A stretch of 64,000 nt of DNA from Asterionella formosa (taxonomy: Eukaryota): the NCBI GenBank assembly GCA_002256025.1, contig NKIB01012676.1, forward strand, positions 1 through 64,000. Direction: 5' to 3'. How positions within the stretch are numbered: position 1 is the first letter of the stretch; each line of letters opens with the position of its first letter. The notes beneath the pieces were generated by a model that was not told where the DNA came from, ran no database searches, and saw only the letters and a program-made list of their open reading frames with translations. Shown here piece by piece: positions 36,527-48,980 of the stretch. The position numbers were made by a program, and so were the translations under genes.

Positions 36527-37297
36527 TCAGTATCTATTTTGTTCACTTAAACTTCCACAGCCGCCACCATCTCCATATCGCACTCGCTTCTTGGGCCTGA
36601 GATCAAACTCAGTAGTTTCATCTTCATCACACTCCTCTTCCTCCTCATCTTCAATATTGCTATCATCACTACTACTCTCAGCGCCACCCTTGCTCACCTT
36701 GTCCCGTGGATGCCAGATAAAACCAATCCTATCAAGAGCCGCAATCCTCTCCTGTGTAATATGACATGGCTTACCCCGCTTGTACTCGCGATATTGTCTT
36801 CGTTGATGATGCACCCATGTTCCCAATCGTGGATTGGTCGAATAATGTGTTGGCACCATGGAATGTCCATTCTTAACCTTGAACTGCTTCAACTCTCGGA
36901 GTCGTTCCCCCCACACAGCTTCTTGGGTGTCCCAACAAAATCCCAAACCACTGAGTTCCACGTAGCGAGAGTCCGTCATATGCGAGGGCTGGCCTCTCTT
37001 GAGAAAATTGAAATGACGCCGTTGTTCCTTGACCCACAATCCCAGTTTGGGATAGTTTGGATGATTGACAGGAACAAGACAGTCTCCGTTCTCTTCTTTG
37101 AAGGCCTTCAAGTCAGCCATGTGCTTTTCCCACATAGCTTCTTGAGCATTCCATGCAAAGTCCACTTGTTCGAGTAAAGCAATTCGTTCTGCTGTAATGC
37201 TGGAATTCCTCCCATCGAGGCGAAGTTTGTATTGTTTGCGTTGTTCAGCGACCCAAACAGCCAAGCGCGGATTAAAGACGTATCCACGGGGAACAAT
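36527..37297 (-). pseudogene. HA-domain gene copy 4: 5' ~720 bp (start codon, polyQ region, start of HA repeat 1) deleted
   Basis: Coding homology stops at ...ggggaacaat (37297) and switches directly to the 5' flank (gtgttatcatac.gcgttc). An in-frame TAA lies just upstream. Confidence 0.85.
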
Positions 37298-38326
37298 CGT
37301 GTGTTATCATACCGCGTTCTGTTGGCGGTCGTGATTAAAACATGCTGTGGTCTTTCTTTGATAGCAATATCGGTTATCATCATAAATGCTCTCTGGTCCC
37401 AAATGCATATAAATTTATATGTATCCATCCTTGGTGATTTTGTATGGTAAACGAGATCATGAGGCTTCAACGAACATTAAAGTTAGGAACATTTTAAGGG
37501 AATTGGGTTACGTCAAAACTCGATAAACAAAAGCTTCAACGTGCCGACACTGCCCTTTTGATATTTCTAAAACGACATGCATTTCAGGCAATACCTGATC
37601 TACGACAATTTCCTGTTTTGAACAACAACCATACGGTATCTGTCGAAGTTCTTGGCTGAGAAGCACACATAGCTACATAGAAGCATACGCTGACCATTTA
37701 CAACGGTGGTTATATTGGTGGTCAACTGCCTTCTCATTATGGAATCCATTTTTGTCTGAAACCATTATTGTCCCTATGTAGTCTTGGAAAGACAAACAAT
37801 TTGTTCACTTGGGCACCAGCACGTGAGAAAAAAGGGAAAAACGGAAATCTGACCAATAAGATATCGAGCCTGGTGCCAGGGTACTGGCACCAGGTACATG
37901 GTACTATCCATCTTGTACACAACAAACACAACGACGACAGGAGCAATCACAGTTGGACAAATCATAATCGTGACTACTGTGGCACGTGGAACATGTTGCT
38001 ACTGGTACGCACTTGTACAGACACACACCGACGATCGGGTGCATATCGGATTTTTTACTCTGGTTTGTCCCTACATACCGAACTTGAAGGAGAGCCTCGT
38101 ACTTATATGTAGGATGCAATTTAGTTTAGCTCGTCCATCTTTCTCTATAGTAAATTATTTTTCATGTTGCCTTTGATCTGAGGTTGTGTGGTTTGATCAT
38201 CCCGCATTTTTTTAGGAGCAATTATTGGGTTCAACTCTCAAACTCCTTTCCATCCTGCATGGTCTTGCCTGGTGCACAAGAAATCATCTTCATCATGTTG
38301 GTTACAATAGATGATAACAATTTGTA

Positions 38327-40083
38327 GCGATTGCCCCTCGGTTGTCCAGCCCTGGGATTGCCGAAATTGGCAAGGGGTCTACTTAAGGAAACCATTTTAT
38401 ATACTTTACAGATATTAATAATTTATATCCAGAATTCACCTCGTTTTTGTTTGTCTCCTGAAAAGTGGACTCCGGCAATTCACCTTTCACCAGCATGCCA
38501 ATTGTCGCTTGTCCATCATTACCGGTTTGAAGCGAAATCAGTTCAGTGATGACACCAGTAGCGATTCGTTGTCTAACAGATTCGGTTGGTTGTTAGATTG
38601 CTTGTCTTCTCGAGGGATTCATGTAGTGTCATTGTCCATATTTCGTCAGACGAGCAATGATAGTAATACATCTGATGTCAGTGGCAAGTTTTTGCTCCGG
38701 TCATGCATGTGATGATGCTTAACCGGACATTCTACCGGTGCTGGCAGTCATCTAGCCTAGTACATATGTACGTCAGACTGAAAACAACCATGCATGGTTT
38801 AAGCTAAACTTTAACGCTTACTTGAGCATGTCGCTTACTTGAGCATATTATAATATTATCGCTGTAGACTCGGTATTATCTTTACGGGACCAGAATGTTA
38901 AATTGTATGGTTCACATATTGATTGATTTCACATACCGAATGTCCGAATTCGTCCTCACAATTATAATTCTCACTCTATTTTGCCTGCCGTTGCTCAATT
39001 TGGGCTTGCAACAGGAACTTTCGACTTTCTTATGAGCCCATCGTCTACTGTGTGTTACCCTTGTTAGAGCGGATCAGTGAGTACAACAGTGAAACACTGG
39101 TTGTGATCATAGATACAAATTGTCGAAGTTCCGATTTGATTGCTTCCATGGTCCATTTTGATCGCTTCCATCGTCGTTTGTCGTTCCACACTGTCGTTTT
39201 GTTTCGATTGTATCTATCTACATAAGAGCCAATGTATTTATCGATGACTACTCTTTGACGACATATTGTTGTTGATCGTATTTGTTGATGTGTATAGTCA
39301 TTTATCATGATGTGTGTCAACATTGCCACCAAGCAATGCTTTTCTTGTACTAACGCACTTTGCTACATTTGCTACATTTCTACTACGAGTTCGTATCACA
39401 AGCTACATAAATACTCTGCTAGAGAGATTCAATAGTGCTGCTGGTGCAGCGTGTCGATCACGTTTTCTCAGAATGGAATGATCAGGGTTGCTTGTTTGGT
39501 GACCGGAGGAATGATGATTGTGGCGAAAATACTGCTACTGGTGTCAGGCTACTACAGCGATGCGCATTGTTGCAGCAACCTGACTATAAGCGCTACATAA
39601 CGACGCAGGTATAAATTGGGTTCACCATTTTTTCTTCTTCTTGTTTTGGTCTTCGATTGTGTGGTGATGGAAAGTCACGCAATGTTGCCTGTGTAAGTAC
39701 TACAATGATTCACAATGCATCCATGGTCTCCATTGAAACTCCTATTTTTATTTCATTTCTAACCCAAAACAATTTTTTCTATTTCTTATTTGATGCAACT
39801 TATTGCATCGCATTTCAAACTTTGGTTGCTACAAACATCATGTTCAATTTTCATTAATGTTGCATGTTGTTACAATCATTCTCGTGTGCTTTACATTTGT
39901 CGTACAATCTCCACGCATATTACCGTTATTCTGGTTTTCATGCTAAAAATCGTCAATTTTAACGCCGAAAATTCTATGTGCCCCATATTGCCCCTAAATA
40001 AGAATGACTTAAGAAATTACTTAGAGCCTAAAAATTACTAAGAAGTACCCAAGTGGCAAGACAATAGCTGGAGCGGGAATTGC
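38327..40083. mobile_element. Dispersed element, copy C (more diverged, with ~140 bp extra sequence at ~38640-38780)
   Basis: Collinear with 23449-25000 from gattgcccctcggttgtccagccctggg to ...gagcgggaattgc. Confidence 0.8.
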
Positions 40084-42404
40084 TCAAGAAATGCATACCA
40101 GAAATTCTAAACTTTTGACAAGTTACATTATCAAGGTACGTGAACAAGACCCCCCCCCCACCAATATCTTGTACTCTCAATATTGGGAGAGCATCAATTT
40201 ATGGGACTAGCATAAAAATCTGAAGCCTATAACAGGGCAATACGTGATGTAAGTGTCCTGGCATCTGAATCCTATGATCTGCACATAACGAGTTCTCCAT
40301 GCACTCGAAGCAAAATATTTCAATCAGAATGAACATAATGGTTTCGTCCTCGCCATGAGGAAAAAATATTTATCAGCTTGCCCCCTTACAGCCGTTTAAA
40401 CAAAAAGTAATGCAAATGAAATTTCACTCAAAGCCCTTTCATTTGGAATTTCATTGGTGAAATAATTTTGATAAATTTTTGAGATATAGCGATTCTTCGA
40501 CAAACATCGATTTTCTTTGATTTCAGGAAAGTTGACTTTTTAATGGTCACTACCAGAGGCCTGTAGCCAGCGAAGGCATGCCTAATACCACATTTCAGGA
40601 GAAAAAAAGGTTTGACTAGCTATGATGCGACAATGAAATGATCTCACACGGATGGTGGTACGGGAGTTGGAAATCAACTGCCTAAAATTGAATACACATT
40701 GTGTTAGTATAGTCAAGCCGGTTTTATGGAACAAGTTTCATGTTTGGTACTAGGATTGGAGCTGTTGGGTATTGTTAGGTGAAACAAATGCGGAAATAAT
40801 GGTGAAGTGCAGGGAAGCAATTACAGTATGATGGGATGAAGTTAGGATGGCATTTGAAGCCTCTGGAAATGTGCAACGTACACTTGGTGAGGCAACCACA
40901 GTCATGAATGTCGGACTTTTTGAGTCAGTCAAACGTGGCACTTGGGATACCGCGCGCATTGAGAGAACTACAAACACGTTCCTTGGGCAAGTGTCCTCTG
41001 GCAGGTGAGGCCAGGGGAACAAATTGCAGTTGATAGGCAAGATGAAAGCCATTGTAGCAAGATGTCAGTGGTTATGCACTAACTTGGAACTCATGATCAT
41101 GTGCTACACCAACAAGACCTGGACCTGGAAATGCGAGAGACAGGGGACTCTTACTTTGCTGGGGAAAAGGAGAATAACTTAAAGGTAAGCACACCTTCTG
41201 CGATCCCTGCATTCTCCACATGTCTTTTTCATTTAGTCCTTAGGGTTCCAGGGGATGAGGCTGATGGAAGACAGGTCCCAATGGAGTTCTCAGGAGTACT
41301 TGGGCGGCCCAGCTCGGTATCAGACAACTCAAACCAAGATATCCCTTTTCTTGTCAGGTCGGCAGACAATGACGATGGAAGGACGTATAAATATTCAGCC
41401 ACACCAGCATCAATAATCACCCTTAATTTGACTCCTATTCGAGGGATTTTATCCACCTTTTCCCCGCGTTTTAGCACCTTTCGTCACCACGGCTGTTGGG
41501 TTGATCATGAGTTGGTTCTCACTTCGGAATCTAGGCTGATGGCGACGCCAGGAAGTGCCATGCGATCTGCACTATTCACAATTGTGTAGTTTTAAGGCGC
41601 TAAATAAATGAAGTTATATATAGAATTGGGAAGATTAGAGGATATCATGATACATTCAGGCATCAAGATACCATCATGGTATCTAACGCCTAGCTACTTG
41701 GATCACCAACATCTGCAAATTTATGGCAAAACATGATCTAAGAATAGAGATGGCAGAAACGTGGACACCCCAAACCTCAATGCCAACATAATAGAGCCTT
41801 GATGGAAATATTTTCTGAATCGAATATGAGCGATTTCAAACTCTTCCACATCAACAATTTTAGAGTAGCAGTGAAATCAAATGAGAGTACTGAATGTCCT
41901 CATTGTAGGGAAATTGAAACCACCAAGCACCTCCTTACTGGTATACAACAGAGATTTAGTCATGGCTGATTTTGTTTGAGTCTCAAATCAGCAACACTCA
42001 ATCAGGGGGGACATCAACCTGAAAGCAGTGTTTTATGGTATTTACGGGCAGTCAAATATAGAAATAATAATTCTTTTCCTATTACTTTATATACGTAATT
42101 TCGTTCATGGCCACCAGTTCCTTCGCTCGCCTTTGCACATCAGGAATAATTGCTACGTTGATTTTTCTACTCTGCAAATGATGACAAAAATACGACACAT
42201 CAAGAATTATTTGCCTGGTGGTTGGTACCCTGGTACACGCAAAATGTAAATAGTATGATCGAGTGCGTGTAATTTAATGAATGGGACATTATCGGAGACA
42301 AAAAATACCGGTATACCCCTTCGATATCAAATTCTATCCAAGTGTTTGCATTGTGCCCTCCCATTAGAAAGGTCCTCCCCAGAAACGTCTGCCGATATCA
42401 GACC

Positions 42405-43943
42405 ATGATGCTCTGGCGACCTACGACTATAATGTTCTCATTGTTGATTCCCCGGACATGTCGAGCATTCACTGCAGAGGTTTCGAGAATACGGCTTGGT
42501 CACCGATTGCTCACGGCTTCCTTTGCGACTCGAGTCGACGCAAGAACGACATCCATTTCCGACCACCATGTAATCCTCAAGCGCACTCGGCAATCTCGAG
42601 CCTTTCGTGAAGGAAATCCGCTTGTCTTTTCGGGCGCCATTGCCTACACCACCAGCGAAACTCCGATTGACATGGCCGACTTTGTTCAAGTTTCGGTAGA
42701 AAGTGACAAGTCTCAGGGGGCGAAAACTTCAAAAGCCAAGGAATACAAAAACTTGGCAGCCCCAAAGCCAGATTCGCCACTGCAACTTATTGGATGGGGG
42801 GTCTATAATCCAGAGAGTATGTATCGCGTGAGAATTCTGTGCCATGCGACGACAAATGTACCACTTGCTAACAAGGTCAAGGAATGTGTCACGTCGGAGC
42901 AAGCCTTGTCCATTATTATGGTTGATCGATTTCAGAATGCCATTGCAGTCCGTCAAACCTTGGGTCTCCCAAGTGCACTCACTGATACTTACCGCCTTGT
43001 GAATGGTGAAGGGGATGGCGTCTCTGGACTTGCGGTAGATATAATCGGGGGGAAAGTTGCGGTCGTTATGGCGTCGGCTGCATGGTGTGAATTGTGGAAG
43101 GACCATATAATTGACTCGTTGAAATCTGCCTTTTTGAGACACGCTGTTTATCGCGACTCGCCACTGGATATTGTATGGAAAACAACTCCAGCGAGATTGG
43201 CCCAAGATGGACTCAAACTGGACGCCATAGAGTACAATCAGGAAGAAAAACCTGATGATCGGCCCATCATTTCATCGGAATCTGGTATCAAGTATACAAC
43301 ATATCCGTACGATAAAGGTCAAAAGACTGGATTCTATTGTGATCAACGTGAAAACAAGTACCAAATGGCACAGCTATGCGAAGGGAAGCGAGTTTTGGAT
43401 TTGTGTTGTTATCATGGAGGTTTTGCATTGACAGCCAAAATCATTGGCAAAGCCACGACTTGTGTGGGCGTTGACTCGTCTCAGGATGCGATTGACATTT
43501 GTCGAACAAATGAGGCCTTGAATGGAATCTCGGAAGGGATTGAGTTTGTACGTGCCGACATTTCCCAATTCATGAGGGACGCCAATTCGGCAGGGACTAC
43601 ATTTGATGTCATTATTTTAGATCCACCGAAACTTGCTCCCTCGGTCAACGACTTAGACCGAGCTGTCCGTAAGTATCATTCTTTGAATCGGGACGCATTA
43701 AAGCTTTTTCCACCCAATGGTGGTCTATTCATGTCGTGCACATGTTCAGCGGCCATGACGCAAAAGGATGGTGGACAACTTTTTCTTCAAACGGTTCAGC
43801 AAGCAGCGCTGAGTGCAGGGCGCCAGGTCACGCTTTTGCGTGAAAGTGGAGCTGCGGCATGTCATACGCTAAGTCCTGCCAGTTTTCCAGCCGGAGCCTA
43901 TCTCACTGCGGCTCTCTTTCATGTGAGTGCGATTGACGAATAA
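42405..43943 (+). CDS. RlmI/YccW-like SAM-dependent rRNA methyltransferase (PUA-like domain + class I MTase), probably organelle-targeted
   Basis: GNPLVFSGAI, TDTYRLVNGEGDGVSGLAVD, GQKTGFYCDQRENK, VLDLCCYHGGF, FDVIILDPPKL and SCTCS, plus an N-terminal extension. First ATG at 42405. Confidence 0.85.
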   Translation: MMLWRPTTIMFSLLIPRTCRAFTAEVSRIRLGHRLLTASFATRVDARTTSISDHHVILKRTRQSRAFREGNPLVFSGAIAYTTSETPIDMADFVQVSVESDKSQGAKTSKAKEYKNLAAPKPDSPLQLIGWGVYNPESMYRVRILCHATTNVPLANKVKECVTSEQALSIIMVDRFQNAIAVRQTLGLPSALTDTYRLVNGEGDGVSGLAVDIIGGKVAVVMASAAWCELWKDHIIDSLKSAFLRHAVYRDSPLDIVWKTTPARLAQDGLKLDAIEYNQEEKPDDRPIISSESGIKYTTYPYDKGQKTGFYCDQRENKYQMAQLCEGKRVLDLCCYHGGFALTAKIIGKATTCVGVDSSQDAIDICRTNEALNGISEGIEFVRADISQFMRDANSAGTTFDVIILDPPKLAPSVNDLDRAVRKYHSLNRDALKLFPPNGGLFMSCTCSAAMTQKDGGQLFLQTVQQAALSAGRQVTLLRESGAAACHTLSPASFPAGAYLTAALFHVSAIDE

Positions 43944-44052
43944 AGCAAATCGACAATATAATGTTTTCCATTAAACACATTGAATAAAGGTCTAATTTTA
44001 TTCAAGACGCGATGTATACGGTAATTTCACTTCTCATGCGGAAACGGCCCGT

Positions 44053-46719
44053 TTAGACGTCCCACTTCCACTGGGTAATCTCGTCCATGTCCACACCGTA
44101 CTCACAGATGTACTCCTTGTGCTTGACAAGGAGCTTGTCCATATCTTGGCGCAGGTACGCCGCAGTCCATTTGGTCTCAGAGTCCACAGAAGTGCATTTG
44201 TTTTCAATAAAATCGCATGCTTCCTTCACCAAGTGGAAGCGATCAAGCTCGTTCATGACAGTCATGTCAAAAGCAGTGCTGATAGTTCCCTCTTCCTTGT
44301 AGCCCTTGATCTTGAAGTTTCGGTTGGCACGAGAATAAACGAGCTTCTCGACCATGTGAGGGTATGCATGGAAAGCGAAAACAACTGGTTTGCTTTTCGT
44401 GAACAAGGAATCAAAATTAGTGTGACTCAGTCCATGAGGGTGCTCCTCGGGAGGGCTCAACCGCATGAGATCTACAACATTGACAAAGCGAATCTTGAGG
44501 TTGGGCATTGCCTTGCGTAAGATGGTAGTAGCAGCCAAGGCCTCTAAGGTTGGAACATCTCCAGCAGAAGCCATGATAATGTCTGGCTCGTATCCCTTGT
44601 CGTTCGAAGCCCAATCCCAGATTCCTAGTCCTTGCGTACAGTGTGCTCGAGCTTCTTCAACGGTCAGCCACTGGGGAGCATCATGCTTGCCAGCAATGGT
44701 CACATTGACATAGTTCTTTGATGCAAGACAATGGTGCATGACTGAAAGAAGGCAATTGGCATCAGGAGGCAAGTAGATTCGAACAATTTCGGGTCTTTTC
44801 GTTGCAACATGGCCAATGAAGCCTGGATCTTGATGAGAAAAACCATTATGGTCCTGTCTCCAACAGTGAGATGACAGTAAAATGTTGAGGGAGGAAAGTT
44901 GGTTGCGCCACGAAATCTCGTTACACATCTTCAGCCATTTGGCATGCTGGTTGAACATACTGCTAATGATGTGGATGAATGCCTCGTAGGATGAGAGAAG
45001 GCCGTGCCCTCCAGTGAGCAAATATCCTTCAAGCCAACCCTCGCACTGGTGTTCAGAAAGCATTTCAAGAATTCGTCCATCTTGGGCAAGGTTGTCGTCA
45101 AGATCTGTAATCTCTGCCATCCATTGCTTCTTGGTAACTTCGAACACAGCCTGGAGGCGATTGGAAGCTGTTTCGTCGGGTCCAAAGATTCTAAAGTTTC
45201 GGGATTTTTCGTTCATTTTAATGATATCTCTGAGAAAGAGTCCCAGATGACCAGTATCGGAGGCGAACACTTCACCGCGCTTGGGGTCTGCAATGCCATA
45301 CTCGGCAAAGTCTGGCAGTACCAAGGGTTTCACCATTGGGTTGGTGTAGTAGTTGCTTCCCATTCGCAAATGTGGAGGTGGGACAAGTGCCTTAAGCTCG
45401 GGCAAGAGTTCGCCATTTGCATTGAAAAGATTATGAGGCTGATACGAAAGCATCCATTCTTCGAGGTGCTTCAAATGGGACGGATTTTCGCTTGGTGAAC
45501 TCATTGGGACTTGATGCGATCGATACGTCCCTTCAATCTGCACGCCATCAATAGAATGTGGTCCAGTCCATCCCTTTGGAGTGCGCAAAATAATCATAGG
45601 CCATGCAGGTCGCGGAAAGTCGTCAGTGGTGGCTCGAGCCGCCGACTGGATAGCAGCAATCTTGTCGGCGCACTCATCCAATGCCTTGGCAAAGGCTGGG
45701 TGGACCACAGCAGGATCGGAGCCCTCCACAATGATAGGGTCATAGCCGTAACCCACAAAGAGACTCAATAATTCTTTCTGGGGAATTCGGTCCAAGATCG
45801 TAGGATTGGCAATCTTGAATCCATTCAAATGCAAAATGGGCAAGACTACTCCATCCGTCTTGGGGTTGATGAACTTGTTTGCATGCCACGATGTTGCTAG
45901 AGGACCAGTTTCAGCTTCGCCATCGCCAATGACACAGGCCACCATCAAGTCTGGTTTATCCAGAACAGCTCCGTATGCATGCGAAAGGGAGTATCCAAGT
46001 TCTCCGCCTTCATGCATAGATCCCGGGGTCTCAGGTGCAACATGCGAAGGGATTCCTCCAGGAAAAGAGAATTGTTTAAAAAGACGACCCATACCTTCCT
46101 TGTCCTCCGTGATACTTGGGTAGTATTCAGTGTATGTGCCTTCTAGGTATACCTGTGCAACAAGAGCAGGGCCTCCATGTCCTGGACCAGAAATGTAAAT
46201 GACGCTAAGCTCGCGCTCTTTGATGAGACGGTTGAGATGAACGTAAATGAAGTTCTGTCCAGGGGTGGTTCCAAAGTGCCCAAGAAGGCGAGACTTGACA
46301 TCAGAAAGAGATAGAGGGCGCTCCAAAAGAGGGTTTTTGTCGAGCAAGTAGATCTTTCATACAGGTGAAGAAAATGGATTAAATTTGGTGAGGCTTCGAA
46401 TCGATCTGCAATTTTGACCTTTTTCTCCTAGTGCAATGATACTCACCTGCCCAACAGCAATGTAGTTGGACGCCTGCCAATACTTGTGCATGAGTTCATA
46501 CTCTGTCGCGTTCATGGGCGAGAAAGGTCAGACTACTCAAATTTCCAATAGAACATCATTGATTCGAAACGGTTCAAGTCGAATCACGATAAAAAGGAGA
46601 ATCCTCATCGCTACAGAGTTGCACCATGATCTCGCCCTAGCATATTCTTTCGTCTAGAGGAGGCAAATGTACAAAAGCTGTGTGTACTTACCAGCTGGAA
46701 TAGGCTTTGTCGTTGCCAT
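44053..46719 (-). CDS. xfp: Xylulose-5-phosphate/fructose-6-phosphate phosphoketolase, ~794 aa; exons 46719-46692, 46502-46447, 46353-44053
   Basis: [24 protein letters not shown]-binding [10 protein letters not shown]...N, SEHQCEG and [11 protein letters not shown]. Two GT-AG introns restore [36 protein letters not shown]. Confidence 0.95.
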
Positions 46720-47486
46720 GGTGGTATTGATTTACTTTTTATTTGTTTGAGTGTTTTTGTTTTTTTTAATTAATGAGCTCCAATAAAATATCATTCCAGT
46801 TTCATTGGATACTTCGCCGAAGAAGATCCTGTGTGTATAATCAGTAGCAACCATACGGCGCAGTACAAAATGAGAAGCATCAGTGTTCTCACAACAGAGG
46901 AAGATTTGCTTTGTTGGGGAACAATAGTGGAACAAATCGACGTCACAGCCGATGATTCGGCTTTCAAATACTCCTGGGTAGACTACACAGTTAACTTCAA
47001 TTCAAGTGCTTCTTAGACTTGACGTAGGAAATCAGGATCGACAATGTTCTGGGAATCGCTAAGAAGTATCGTCGAATTTCGAATCTTCAAGAATCATCGA
47101 TTTATGATTAACTTACTGTGTTCTACATACATGCTAAATACTATTATTGCGTACGTTGCCTCTTCTTTAGCTGTTCGCGTTCCCGCTTCGCCCTCCTGAT
47201 GTTCTTGCTTGTTGCAGTTTTTCATTGGAGAACAAGCCAATGGGGGAGAGAAAGGGGGCAACATCTGTAGCAACGATGGATATATATTTATTTAGAGAAT
47301 AGGCATCATCAATATATTCGCATGTTCGACACCAGACGCCACAACAAACCATATATGCAATAGAGGAGCTCAAGACTCCTGGTCGAAAATAGCACATTTT
47401 GTTACTTTGAACCCAAATCATACGTTTTTCAGATTTCGATTGCAGGTGCACATGAATCATACAAACCACTTTTGAGCTTCCTAGAG
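46720..47486. promoter_or_regulatory. Intergenic region between divergent xfp and ackA; candidate bidirectional promoter
   Basis: About 770 bp between the two head-to-head start codons; function inferred from geometry only. Confidence 0.5.
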
Positions 47487-48886
47487 ATGACACAACTCGT
47501 ATTAGCCTTGAATTCTGGATCGTCGTCGCTGAAGGCAAGTTTGTTGGAGGGACGAGTCCGGCACATGTCTTGCCTCGCAGAAATGCTTGGGACGCCCAAC
47601 AGTGTCGTGCACATGGTATTAGACGACGACCTTGTGGAAGAGCAGCAGCCAAATCTGTCGCATGAACAAGTCCTTCGGATAATTGTGGATCACTTGAAGG
47701 ATCGTGATGTGTTGCAACATATTGTGGCAGTGGGCCATCGTGTTGTTCATGGCGGCACAATCTTTACCGATTCGGCAATTATGGAGGAAGAAAATTTGCA
47801 GAAATTGGACACCATCGAACAGCTTGCTCCACTGTGAGTAAGAGGGTCAAAAGAGACCTTGGAATTAGGTTGTAGGTGTGCTATTACCGGTATACTGAGA
47901 AATCTCATGTCTTGCTTTTTCATTCTTTTTGTTTGCCAGACACAACCCGACCAATGTTGCTGGCATTCGTTGGATGCGGGCTATCCTTCCGGAAGTTCCT
48001 TCCGTGGCAATATTCGACACGTCCTTCCACTCTACCATTCCGGAAAAGGCGTATACGTACCCACTCCCAAAAGCCTACCGAGATTTGGGCATGCGAAAGT
48101 TTGGCTTTCATGGTACATCCGTCAAATTTGTTAGTCACCGAGTGACTGAAATCTTGCAGACGTTTCGACCTGAAAACAGCAAGGATTTCAATATGGTTGT
48201 ATGCCATTTGGGAAGTGGGGCAAGTGTGACTGCAGTAGTGGGAGAGAGGGTACGTGGAATGAATCGTTTTGTCTCACTTATCGTACTTTGCTAAGAACCC
48301 ATTTTCATTTTATTCACCCCAATAGAGTATGGATACATCCATGGGATTTACTCCACTTGCAGGTCTCATGATGGGCACTCGCTGTGGGTCTGTAGATCCA
48401 TCTGTTGTTGGCTTTGCTTGTGAAACTCTTGGTAAGACTGTGGAGGAGGTCATGTCAGATTTCAATTCACGTTCCGGCTTGAAAGGGATGGTGGACGATG
48501 GCGATTCGTATGACATGCGTGCACTGCTACAACGAAAGCAAGATGGTGATCCAAAGGCAACATTGGCGTTGGATATGTTCCTTTACCGTTTGGCTCAGCA
48601 TATTGCGGCTTCAATGATAGCATTACAAGGTCCGTTGGATGCCCTTGTATTTACTGCTGGTATTGGTGAACATTCGGCCGAGATTAGACAACGAACAATG
48701 GAGCTGCTCAAGCCAGTCTTACCACAAGTAGAGTTGGATGAGGATCGAAATAATAATGATGGCGATGGGTCTATGGGAGTTTTGTCCAAAGAAGGCACAT
48801 GGCCGCTGGTTTTGGACATTCCCACCGACGAAGAGGCTATGATTGGATGTGAATGCCTCCGATTGCTTAAGAAAAATAGTTATTAA
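47487..48886 (+). CDS. ackA: Acetate kinase, ~405 aa; exons 47487-47833, 47940-48249, 48326-48886
   Basis: LNSGSSSLK, GHRVVHGG, splice-restored APLHNP, FDTSFH, FGFHGTS, CHLGSGAS, DTSMGFTPLAGLMMGTRCG, FTAGIGE and PTDEE. Both introns are GT-AG and in frame. An additional 5' exon cannot be excluded. Confidence 0.95.
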
Positions 48887-48980
48887 TTTCAATTTCTCGT
48901 GTCTACTACTTTTGATAAAAACGTCGGTATAAGCCTTTTAACTCGGCAAGAAAATATTTTCTGGTGAATTCAATTCATTC

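Noticed and set aside
40090..41950. ORFs at 40750-41589 and surrounding sequence
   Set aside because: Probably TE-derived or decayed, but no recognisable motif supports a call.
44053..48886. Bacterial contamination as the source of xfp/ackA
   Set aside because: Both genes have canonical spliceosomal introns that restore conserved motifs, and they are flanked by eukaryotic genes.
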